A DNA stretch of 64,000 nucleotides from Octopus sinensis (lineage: Eukaryota): the NCBI RefSeq assembly GCF_006345805.1, contig NC_043000.1, forward strand, positions 6,014,001 through 6,078,000, read 5' to 3'. Below the pieces are notes generated by a model, which did no database searches, was not told the DNA's origin, and saw only the letters and a program-made list of their open reading frames with translations. Every line of letters starts with the position of its first letter. Within the stretch, counting starts at the first letter, position 1. A program made the translations under genes and the position numbers. Positions 49,201 through 62,420 of this stretch are shown here, piece by piece.

Positions 49201-52200
49201 TCCGAGAGTGTAGTGGGTGCTTTTTACGTGCCACCCGCACAGGTGCCAGACAGAGCTGGCAAACGGCCACGAACGGATGGTGCTTTTTATGTGCCACCGG
49301 CACGAGGGCGAGGCGAGGCTGGCAAATAAATTGTAAAATGTATACAAAATTATATTTTTTACTATTAACCTTATCATTTAAAAAAAAATATTTACATTTA
49401 CACTACGTTTCAATTTGATCTCTAACCATCTTCAGGTGCCTTTTCCTGAATATATTCATAATACTTAGACTGGATTTGAATTACAAACCTTTATTTCTAG
49501 ACTAAGAATATTGCTCTTGTCTACTAGGCCATTGATAGATGGAAAATATTTCAATAAAAAGCTTACATGGTTAAATATAATATCCATTTCTATTAATATT
49601 TTCCCTTTCTTCTTCCGTATTAATTTTTTATCTTTTAAGGCATACCATTTTCTCTCTCCTGGTTTGATCTGTAAAAATAACAGCAAAATTATATATATAA
49701 GACAAATAATAGATGAAATGTCATGAAAAGATAAGTGTTATAATGTTTATTTGTGATTAAAATAATTAAATATACAAAGCCTAACAATCATTGTCATAAA
49801 TCTGCAAGAAGACTGACACAGTTTTATTTTAAATATTTTTATATTTATTTTTCTCTTCTAGAACTCTTGCTTCCATTCACCGGAACCAACTGAACAAAAT
49901 TAACCAAGAGACACATGAAAAAAATTGGTAAAATATCCTCCAAAAAACATTTCAAATTATGGTAAGAATGGTGAGTATGTACAGTATGAAATATTCTTGC
50001 TTTGTATCATCTAACTAAAAGACAAAAAAAAAAAGAGAGATTTTTTTTTTTTTTGCTTTCTGAAAACTCAAAATGAAGAAATCAAGACTTCAATCGAAGA
50101 TTTTTTACATCATTCAATGAAATTGTGGAAACTGGGATTATAAACAACTCAAAAATACTGCATTATGAATTTATAAAGGAAAGAACCTTTTTGTCAAAGT
50201 AATTCAACCAAATCATTAATTAATACTTACAAAAGGATTCAAGTAAATTTAGGAACAAAGTCAACATCCACAGTAGTATTTTGCATTTATCATCACAGAA
50301 TATTATTTATGAAATACAACAGAACCATTCAAATGACTGAACTATAATGACTAGAATCAATTCAGATCAAATTCATTTTACTGTTTCCTAAGTATTATGA
50401 AAATATTTATTTTCAGTAATAGGTTTTCAAAGAAATTTTCTTTTTATTTATACGCCCTTTTCAGGACTAGCCAGGTTCATGGGCCCGGTTTCCCGGTTTC
50501 TATGGCGTATGTGTTACCCCCAGCTGGACGGGACGCTGGTCCATCGCAGCGTTACCCAAGAAACAGGAAGAAAGAGTGAGAGAAAGTTGGGGCGAAAGAA
50601 TACAACAGGGGTCGCCACCACCCCCTGCCAGAGCCTTGTGGAGTTTTTGGTGTTTTCGTTCAATAAACACACACAATGCCTGGTCTGGGAATCGAAACCG
50701 CGATCCTCCGACTGTGGGTCTGCTGCCCTAACCACTGAGCCATTGCACCTTCCCTTTCAAAGAAATTGAATAGCCAAATTTTTATCTGTTCATTTTTAAT
50801 TACAATACCTATGAAACTACTGGTACTTCTATATACTGTATTTGCCAGTGATATATGAAGCACTTTTTTTGTTTCTAAATGTATCAAAAAATTTCCTTGA
50901 ATCTAATGAGGCCATATTATGGCTGGGAGACTGAGTGTCATTAAATAGGCATCTGGATGAGAATGAGTCACTAGGCTAGGCACAATAATTAGGCCAGTTT
51001 AAATGTGAAGGGCTAAAATATATCAATAAATGTTTGATGAAACATAATAAAATTGTTCTTTGCCACAAAATATCCTTTTGTGTTAGAGGTACATCTTATA
51101 CACTAGCAGATATAGTAAATGGAAAATAAAAAGTGTATTCTAACCCATGAATGATCTAAGCTAAATGATAAACTTAATCACATAATTAATTAAAAGGGAT
51201 GAAGAATGAGGAAGAACTAAGTTAATAATCAATAAAATTGATCTTACTTTTAATAGAGGAATGCCTACTTTTCCAAGAAATTCGACTTTTTTATCTCTGT
51301 CTTCATCAAAAACTGTTACTTCTAATACAGAATGTAAATCTTTAATGTTACTGAAATAAAAGAGAAAAGTTATGAATTTAGGATTTCTATAAAACAAGAA
51401 TCCATTATCATTATATCATCAATATTTAAAAAAGTACATTCAAGGTTGAGAATATTGAAGATCAATAGGAATCAGTTGTTACTTACAATGTGAAGATCTT
51501 GTTCCATTGGGGATTGAGTGTTTTATATTCAGTTTGTGTTTGTAGTCGAGAATTTACTAATTCAACAACACAAAACGGATCACTTTTCCCACCAATATCA
51601 GCAGAGAGTAAACCTTGAGCTTTAAATACTAGATAAGTGAAAAGAAAAAAATGTATATATACATTATTATTCATAAATAAAGTACAGTTTAAGCCTTTCT
51701 TTGCTTGGTAGAAAATGAAATATATGTAAGATGCAAAAGCAACCAGGACATAACTTCAAATATTATGATTTAACATTTTTCTCCTTACTCATTTCTACGA
51801 CCCTCATCACTCTTTTATTCTTTATTCACTTACTGGTTTCAGTCACTGACTATGATCATTCAGGGGCACCAACTTCTATGGTGTCTTTTAGCCAAGTCTA
51901 CAAACCTTAGTATTTAGTTTGGTACCTATTTTATCAATCTCTATCAAATGATTAGTGAAGGCGCATGGCTCAGTGGTTAGAGCGTCAATCTTATGATCAT
52001 GAGGTTGTGAGCTCGAATCCTGGACCAAGCTGCGTGTTGTGTTCTTGAACAAGACATTTTATTTCACATTGCTCCAGTTCACTCAGCTGTAGAAATGAGT
52101 TGTGATGTCACTGGTGCCAAGCTGTATCGGCCCCTTTGCCTTTCCCTTGGATAACATTGGTGGCATGGAGAAAGGAAGCCGGTATGTATGGGCAACTGCT

Positions 52201-55200
52201 GGTCTTCCACAAACAATCTTGCCCGGACTTGTGCCTGGGAGGGTAACTTTCTAGGTGCAATCCAATGGTCAGTGTTGTGACCGAAGTCGGGTCTCAGAAT
52301 CAAATGATTAACTCTCTTCCTTTACTGTATTTGATGACATAAAAGACACATGGGCATATTGGATACCCAGCAGAGCATATTCAGGAAAAAAGGAAAACAG
52401 TTTTTAGTGCATCAAAGCATTTAATATTTAACCGTCTTGTTATATTTCTGTTGAAATACACTACCTTTCAGCTAATTTTGAAAATAAGGAAGAATTTAGT
52501 AAAATAACTTTGTCATTAATGTTAGTCTTAGGAACATAAATTAACAGGAAATTTTGAGGGGAGGTTTTAATTTAGACCACTTTAAAACAGGAAGTCTGTA
52601 TCATAGAACCAGGGGTAGTCTTAGGCTTCACATATAGGACCCTGGGTGATTTCTTTTAAAAATGTGCATTTTATAAGGAATATGGCACATTCCTTTTAAG
52701 GATACCATAAAGCATTTAAACTGGTTCACACAGTTATGCACAAATACATACATGCATATCATCATTTATACATCCCTATCCCATACTTGCATGAGTCAGA
52801 CAGATCCTTTCCAACACAGTATCTCATACTTAGTTGTATTTTTTTGCTATATTCGTACCTTTCCTTCATTGAACACTAAACTCTGCTTGCAAAGACCTGT
52901 TGAGGCAAGTGAAATTGAAATCAAATTCGATGACTAGCATCCGTGCTAGTGGGGTACTAAGAGTACCATACTAGTGTGATTGTTGCCAGAGCAACAAGCT
53001 GACCTTCGTGCCAGTGGCACATAAAAAACACCTTTCGAGCATGATTGTTACCTGCATCTCCTTACTGGCACTTGTGCTGGTGGCACATGAAAAAATATTC
53101 GAACGAGGTCGTTGCCAGTGCCGCTGGACTGGCTCCTGTGCGGGTGGCACATAAAAAGCACCATTTGAGCATGGCCATTGCCAGTACCGCCTGACTGGCC
53201 CTCGTGTTGGTGGCACGTAAAAGCACCCACTACACTCTCGGAGTGGTTGGCGTTAGGAAGGGCATCCAGCTGTAGAAACTCTGCCAGATCAGATTAGAGT
53301 CGGGCGCAGCCATCTGGTTTGCCACTCCTCAGTCAAACTGTCCAACCCATGCTAGCATGGAAATCGGACGTTAAACAATGATGATGATGATGATGATGAT
53401 GATCCTTTGTGAGGTCCACCACAAAGAGCATCTGGAGATCAGCTTTCACCACTTTCTGCCCATATCTTCTTTGGCCTTCCTTTTCCACAATTTTCTTCCA
53501 CTTGGATATTCTGGCACTTCTTTTTTACCCATCATCACATGTCCATACCAATACTGTCATCTCTCTTACACACTGCATCTGATTCCTCTTATATTCAGTT
53601 TATCTTACAGCTTATCTCTACCATGTCATTCATTCACACTAACATTACTCATCCAGCAGAGCATTCTTATTTCATTTCTCTTCAGTCTTCACACATCCTC
53701 TGTATTCTTTACTTTTTGACCATGTCACAGCACTGCACTTTCTATGCTAGCAACATACAATCTACTCTTTGCTTGAGAGAAAAAAAAAATCCCCTAGATA
53801 CTAGCAGAGGAAATAGTTCCCTGAACTTTTCCAACCCTGTTTTTATTCTGGCAACTATTTATTTAGAGCATCCTTTCACAGATAATTACATTGCCTCGGT
53901 AACGGAAGCTGTCAACTACTTCTACGAAGTTTTAAAAAACATTGAAAAGAAGTACATCTGTCGCATACAAAGTTTTTATCCACTGTCAGCCTGCCTTTGA
54001 TCTCAGTACACAAGTGCCAGATGCACTAACACACACATACCAGGCTTCTGTGCAGTTCCTGCCAACCAAATTTCATGTACGAGGCATTAATCAACCCAAA
54101 GCTATGGTAGGCATTTGTCCAAAGTGCCACGTAGTGGAATTGAAACTGAAACCACATGGTTGCAAAGAGAACTTCTTACCACACAGCATGCCTGCACCCA
54201 CCTGCACATATATTTATGCACAATGGGTCCTCTTATTATCTAACAGTGATAAGTGTGTGGGATTGGGTTCAATCCCACTGTGTGGTACTTTGGGCCAAGC
54301 AAAGCTTTGTGAGTGGATTTGGGAGAGTGAAATTGAAAGAAGCCTGTTGTGTAAGAGAGTGTGTGTGTGTGTGTGCATATGCACCCAAATTTCCTTATTT
54401 TGACAATATATGATAGTTGTAAATGGGTATCACTGTCATAGAAGCAGTGCCCTTTGCTTCAAATTTTCCATGAGGAAACATTATTTCACTTGAAAAGTTT
54501 GTCTGGTTCCACAAATTCCATCTGACATATGTAAGCATGGAAAAGTGAATGTCAAAATAATAATAATAATGATAATAATGATAATGACAATGATAATAAT
54601 AATAATAATAATAATAGCAGTAATAATGACAATGATGAGAAAGGACAATTTAAAAAAACAATCAAAAACAACTTGCCTTTCACTTGGAGCCATCCAACAT
54701 CTTTTAAATTACTCAGAGATTTCAGCAAGCCCTAGTAAATACAAATCAGTAAAAATAATTATATAACTTTCCTAGTTTTCCTCAAACAAGTCAAAATAAA
54801 TATAAAATAAAGAAAGGCTGTAATTAAAATCTAAGAATTCAAACAATTTTATTTAATCCTTAAACCATTTTGTATTGATGCATCATCCCAGTTACTTCAA
54901 TTAAATTGCTGAGATCAATGTTGGCAGCTTTATTTTCTCTCAGACAAAATGAAAAATAGGGGTCTGGATAGCTACACCAATTCTTCATCAAAAAAATAAA
55001 CTAACACAATTAATAAATTTTTAATTTAATCCCTCCCTCTCTCTCTCTGGTGTGTGCATGTATATGTGAGTGAGTGTACGCTGTTTTTGAACATACACAC
55101 ACATATCAATCATGAGGATGTACGCATACGTCTACCTGCTAGAAATGAGAGCTAAAATCCTTATTTAAACCACCAAATATTTGATGGTTCAAATGAGGGT

Positions 55201-55348
55201 TTTAGCTCTCATTTCTAGCAGGTAGACATATGTCCTTATGATCGATATAATTTTAATTCTATAGCTGTAGAATGCTATTATAGGCCTGCAACCACCTATA
55301 TTAATGTTGCTGTTATTTTACTCCTGATATATATATATATATATACAG

Positions 55349-55421
<73 letters not shown>

Positions 55422-55856
55422 GAGAAGAGTTTAGGTCACCGGTAACCTTTATATTTTGTCTCTGATGATGGAATACCCTCTATAGGCAATTGTGGATCAA
55501 CACATTGATCCATTACCTGGGATATCCCAGAAACAGCTGTAAGACACTATTATTTTTATTTTCTATTTTTGCTTACTTCACCATTAAAATAATTCAAATG
55601 AACTGATAGGCTTGTCCAGCCTTGATACTATTTTCATTTTCTTTAAATTATGTATATATATACACACACATATATATATATATATATATGAACTTCTCCC
55701 AGATCTCTCACTCTTCTGCTATCTGATGAGAGGGACACATCCTACACACCCAAGAAACTTTAATTCATATGGAAATAAGTCTCACTGTTATTAAAAATAT
55801 ATGTAAATCTTACCATTTGTGTTGAGTGGCGCTTTCTTTCATTTGTCCACTGTCTC

Positions 55857-55887
<31 letters not shown>

Positions 55888-56100
55888 TGTATGTATGTAT
55901 GTATGTATTTGTGTGTGTATGTACCCCTATTTCACTATGACCATAAAATCTGCCATACCTACATAAAAGAATATGTCTCAGAAGATGCTAGTAAGATAAC
56001 GATATAAAACTGAGGTGATAACCAGAAAGAGGAGGGGCAGGGGTGGCTTAAAGGTTGTAATGCACTAATACCTGGACATCCTTGTCACTTATTTGCTCTG

Positions 56101-56131
<31 letters not shown>

Positions 56132-56163
56132 TGTGTGTGTGTGTGGTGTGTGTGTGTGTGTGT

Positions 56164-56202
<39 letters not shown>

Positions 56203-59200
56203 TGTGTGTGTGTGTGTGTAATAATTTCTTAACTAACCAGAAGATGGATTTGGTATTAATCTTCATTTTGTACAACGGTTGTTTCGACCCATCCTGCTAT
56301 TGTCCTTTGTGGGTGGGATGAAATGACCATTGTACAAAATAAGGATTAATGCGAAATCCATCTTCCAGTTACTTAAGAAATTATTATTATTATTTCAACC
56401 AACCCTGTGGCATTCCTGAAGTAGATCCAACAGAAATATACTCCGACTGTGGATGACATCAGGGAGCTCAAACTGTACCAGAGTTCTAGTCAACACTTCA
56501 ACACACTAACTGACATATACTCATTAGTCCATTGATTGATTGATTTTAATGAGCAGTGATAAACAGCAGTCATTTCAATTTGCTGAATATATCAAACACT
56601 TAATAAATACAGCAGAATGAAACTGTATTATGAGTGATAATAGTATATAAATAAATACTTATTCTCAGTGTTTTATTACACCTTGAGTCTTTTATTTGAT
56701 AACAGCCACTAGTGTTATTTGTAGTGCTTTAAAAATATACTTGCATGTGTTAATTCATGTGAAATAAAGAGGAATAATATACCCAGACCATGGTTTTATT
56801 CAGTTGGTCAGCAATAGGTCAGTTTGTTTGAAAGTAAAATGATTATAGTAGAAATGATTGTTATTTGTGATACGTTAGTGGTGGTGAATCTTTGAAATTC
56901 TCAAGGAAGACTTTGAGCATGTGTTAGAAATCAAAATTAGTTTCTCCTTTTAATCTAGATTTTTTGAAGATTCTCTGTGAGGCAGAAGCTATATAATTTC
57001 ATTCTTAAATGCCAGTAACTTATCTAACACTGCTCACAAGATGCTGGTGATCTCTCTCTATTTTGTTTTTTTTTTGTCTCTCAACTTCCAAATATGCTTT
57101 GAAAGTGTTGTGATGTTTTCCATGTAATAATAACAGGATGAGCTGTTGTGCTGATGCATATGTTATTTCAAGAAGTGATTGTTAGGCCTTAGTTAGAGTG
57201 GTGATATATTGCTGGTGGCAATATCAGCCCAGTGTACATTGGTCATCTCAAAAAATTTACATTTTAAGGAACAAATGTTTTTGCAACTGTAAATGAATTC
57301 CCTTAAATATATGTTCAATTGCATGCAGTATTTTTGCATTATGGCTCTTTATAGCATTAGACATGTTTTTAATACATCTGTTCCTTGCCTTCAAGCTATA
57401 CAACAAATGTTTTCAAACTAGTTTTTAAAATCATGTTGTATGGTGAATCAAACTATAGAGCAAATTTTTTGTTCCTAAAGTAGCTGCTAGATGATGTGCA
57501 TTAATTAGTGTTTCTTGATATTTACAATTAAGCAGCTCACAGGAATGCCCTGGAAAATGCTTGAAAATATTTGGTTGGTAGAAATACAAAGAAGCAGTAC
57601 AACACAGGGAAATGAGATGCTCTGAGGTATAACTCATCATACAACAATCAGTGTCAACTCTATAACTGGGAATGGGTGTCCCTATTGCCACCCAGTAATG
57701 TTGGGCATAAAAAAGGCAATGGCTCACTTCAAATGTTGGCCATAAAAAAGAAAAATCATCACAACTCACATAATTTTGTACAATTTCTTCCCTTTCTCTT
57801 GGGTTTGGAGTGTAATTTGCTAAGTCAGATATAGTTTCGCTGCCTGATGTTCCACTGATTGTTAAAAGAATTTTAACCATGCCTGCTCCATCCTCAAGCT
57901 GTTGTTCAATTACATGTGTTTCTTCATTCTTGATGTTAGACAGATCTATGGTAGCCCTAAAGAAAATTGAAAACAGTAATAATAATAAAAAAAAAAACAA
58001 CACAGAGCCAACACAAAAAAGTGCCCCATTTAAACTAAGACTTATCTAGAAATATAATCTTTTAGATTTTGAGATACTAGTAAACTTCAGTTTACTTGAA
58101 GGAATTTCATATATTCCATAGAAATTTCCTTCAAATAAATTCTGACAGCTTTGTACACATTTACCTATACTAGTTATGGACTAAAAGGTTTCTGTGAAAT
58201 GAAAGATTTGTATGCTGTTGCAGAAAGTGCTTTGAAAACAGGACATGCATGTTACTATTAACCAAGTTGCTTTAAAACAAGAACAGTTTCAATAATGTAA
58301 TAAGGACAGAAAGTATTGGGTTTCAGCATTGACGTTTTATTAAAAATAATGAGTCCAATCAAATTTTGTTGGGATTGGTATTTCTAATCACAGCTAGACT
58401 GACAAAGAGAAAGCAAGAGAGAAAGTGAAACTGAAAAGTTTGGTGAAAATAGGAGCTATTACAAGAATGTTGGGACGAGTAACCAGTAAAATTCGAAGTG
58501 GTAGGTTTTATGTTGCATAATCACTATTGCAGACACTTAATATAATTTCCATCAGGTTTCTGTAAACAATAAATTATACATAAATTTTTTTACATCTGGA
58601 GTTTATATGCTGTCAGCATGTAAAAACAAGTTAAGTTAGTGTTAATAGATTTAATATAGAAAACATTAAATATCTAATTAGACACAGTTATTCAGTGAAG
58701 AAAGACAACACTTAGCTCAGTGATTAATATTATTTTAACCTGATTTCAGCAAGTAAAGAAGACAATGAGGACATGTTTTGTTCTCATTGGAGTTCCTCAG
58801 TAAATTGCTGCCCTACCTGAAGAAGCGATAAGAGAAGAGGTACGAGATGAAGTCTACGCTTTGCTGAGAAGGTCTCATAAAACTGAAACACATCTAGAGT
58901 TGTTTCCCATACTTGTAGAAATAACTAGAATAACACTGTCTAACACAGTCTTTGTCTTTGGGTAGTAACTGTTAATTCCTATTTGCTTACCCATTAAAAG
59001 TATGAAAATTGGTTAATATTTCCTTCAAATATTGTTTTAGTTACATTTATTCAAACCCCAAAGAATCCCTCTTAATACATGGCTATGATGCTTCCCTACT
59101 ATTCTCGCTCATCATCAGAGATGCACATATTGTCAACTACTAAGGAATACGCTCAAGTGGTTAATGACAAACAACAGACAGGCAAATCTGTGGTATTGAA

Positions 59201-62200
59201 CAGAATGTTTGCCATAACAATATTTCTGCTTCAGCAATTCAGCACTGAATCTGTCTGAAATGTAATGGAAAATAGGTCAGTTTCAAAACATTGTTGTGCA
59301 GGTCACAAAAGCAAAGTTTGCAGGGAATAGTTATCATTTCCTTTGATTTCTAGATAAGAGCAAAGGGGAAATAACACTTACTGACCAAACACAAAAAAAA
59401 AATTTTAATTTTGTTACGCAGTGTAATATGAATCATTGAGTTAATATTGACTTTTCTTTATAATTATTTCTAATTAGGTATTTAATTCTCACTAGATTAG
59501 ATATGCTAACACTAGCTTAATTATGATAAATTGAATGTGTATTATTAACTTGTATGAAAGGCCAATTACAGAGTGGTTGGGCACTAATGACATCAATCGG
59601 TTGATGTATATATACAGAGTTTAGCAACCAGCTTCGAAGTCACTATTTTGCATAAAGCTGCAACAAAGCGTCTGCAGCAGTTTGAGATAAAAATGCATAG
59701 AATGGCTGTCATATGATACAATCTCTCATGAAATGGTCAGGTATGCAGGTCTCTTCAACAGGAACAGATATCTCCTTCGTCAATGACCTTGGGAAAGACA
59801 AAACTTTGTTTTTCCTCTGCTTCTCGAATAAAATCAACAAATAAATTTGGGAAATGTTCCAAGGTTCTCTTTTATTTTTTAATGAGCAAAATAGCTAAAT
59901 AGAAAAGGTATCATATTTCTACTGTGTGGGAAGTAAAATATGAAGAACACCAGAGATTTATTGTAGACTTTATCGAGGTTTAAGTGATACAGAAGAGATA
60001 GAATGGTAAGATTAATGAATTCTAAATCAGAGAGAAAGATGAAGTGAGTGAAAGTGACTGAAACACTGTTAATGTGCCTGGCAACAACAATTCTAATTGA
60101 ACAGTCATCTTAGATTACAGGCAAAGCTACACACTTATCTGATTGTATTGTAAACAATCTTTAGATATCTGGTCTACGCAAGGGAAACTATCTCAATGTA
60201 CTTTGTCAAGTGACAATAAGAGAGAGAAGATGGGGGGGGGGTGATTGGATTTATATATCATATAAATAGGTTACTGGTCAGGGATGATCAGAATGGAAGA
60301 AAACATTAAACAAATAATCCTGGAACAAAGAAATTAGAAACTGGTTTTTAAGTAAGAAGAAATAGACAGAAGAATGAGATAACAGATAAAGGTAAATTGT
60401 AAGAGATGTAGCAGATTATGTTTGTTGTGAAAATATTAGGGAAAATAGTAATAAAAACAATGATAATGATAAGAAAATAATGAAAAAAAAAAGAGATACA
60501 ATGGCTTTGTACGTTACTTCAATCATTATAAAAACATAGTCAAGATCATCTAACATTTAGTCAAGATAGTCTAACATTTACATCAAAGGTGGCAAGCTGG
60601 TAGAATCGTTAGCACACCAGGCAAAATGCTTAGCAGTATTTCATCCATCTTTATGTTCTGAGTTCAAATTCTGCCAGGGTCAACTTTGCCTTTCATCCTT
60701 TCGGGGTTGATATAATTGATTTACCCCTTCCCTGAAATTGCTGGCCTTGTGCAAAACATTTGAAACCAATATCTATATCAAACATGGGAAACATTTTTTT
60801 TTTGAGAAGCAGGCAACATGAGACATGGTTCATCGTCAGGTGGGTTGCATCACTAAAAAAATTGACAGTATTTTTTGTTAGGTGTAACTATTCAGAAAAC
60901 CCCACAAGCAGCAGGGTACCCTGACTGACCAATATACTTAGATTTGGTAGAGAGTGAGTCCTTATTTTATTGACCTTGAAAGGAAGAAAGGCACTGGTGA
61001 TTCAATGATTTGAACTCAAAATATAACCAAATATAAAATGCTTTGACTAAGACTCAACTTCTGCACAGCGACTTCTGATTCTCAAAATTTGAACTCAAAA
61101 TATAACTGAGACTCTACTGATTCTCCTATGCAACTTCCGCACGGTTTGCAGCAACCAAATTCCATTATCCAGGTTTTCAACAACCCAGAGATATAAGAGT
61201 CTACTCAGAGAGATTGACTTTAGTATCACATGACTGAAAAACAAAATTTCTTAACCACATGGTCATGCTTTTGCCAGTTTATATCTTCTCATGTCTCATT
61301 TAGTCTTTAGTCTACCCTATTATTCTGAGCATCCTAATTATTATAGCACTTGTATTTTTTCATTAATCAACATGCATTATGATTAAGTTGTATGAGGTGG
61401 TATCAAAAAGTTCTCAGACAAGTTCTCTAGTACACCAACAGAGTTCTGGGTGCAGAGAGAGCTGGTGGTAGTGATCTTTATGAGGCAGTGTTCCAAGTGA
61501 CATCAGTGTGTTTACTTCACAAGTTGTGAAATTTGTGATCAAGTTTTGCATTAAACTTGGTAAGTCTGCTATAGAGACATTAAGCATGTTTTGGCAAGCT
61601 TACAGTGACAAAGCAATAGGTTGTACACAATGTTTCGACTGCCATGGGTGCTTCAAAAGCAGAAGAACATCGCTGGAAAAATTACTATGAGCATCATCCT
61701 CAGAAATGTGGTATTGTAAATCGAGAATTTGTACTCCAGGGCCAGACTGTCAATCGAGAGTTCTATTGTGATGTTCGATGTTCTGAAGCATTTAAGGAAG
61801 GACATTTAGCAAAAGCAACTGGATCCATGGAGCATGAAGAATTGGATCCTTCACGACAAAAATGCACCAAAAGCAACACCTGTCTTATTCGCCAGATTTA
61901 GCACCTGAAGGCTTCTACCTCTTTTCCAAGGTAAAAATGCAGCTTAAAAATTGCCATTTTAACACTGTTGTTGAGACCTAGAGTGTACTATTACAGAAAA
62001 AAAACTTCCAGGCTGGATCCCAAGAGTAGTAGGAAAGCTGGGACTGGTGTAGTGCTGTGAAAGGTGACTATTTTGAAGGAGATGATGTTAAAACTTACGT
62101 AAATAAGTTACTTTTTTTATTAAACATAACTAGTTCAGAAACATTTTGATACCATCTTGTAAAAGATCAAAATCTTAATAAAGACAGAAAAAAATATCTT

Positions 62201-62380
62201 TATACCTTCCCATGAAATCATCTTTTCCAGCAACATCATGGTCATACACTGTTAATTCAAGACACTTTGTTTGGTCATCATACATTCTCAAATCGAATTG
62301 TTCTAACCAGCGAGGATTTAATGTGTTTGGTTTAAACTGAAAGAAAATTAGATAAGTGAAACAAATACTTCAAGGAATTT

Positions 62381-62420
<40 letters not shown>

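Noticed and set aside
51270-51310. Glu instead of Asp at the fifth Ca2+ ligand of C2C ([10 protein letters not shown])
   Set aside because: Conservative change that I recall in other invertebrate MCTPs; not clearly unusual without an alignment.
53378-54413. Cluster of 85-153 aa + strand ORFs
   Set aside because: They overlap antisense RTE debris and degenerate SINE halves; no protein motif.
57431-58003. 190-aa ORF as a stand-alone gene
   Set aside because: Only 57770-57956 is an MCTP exon; the rest is open intron sequence.
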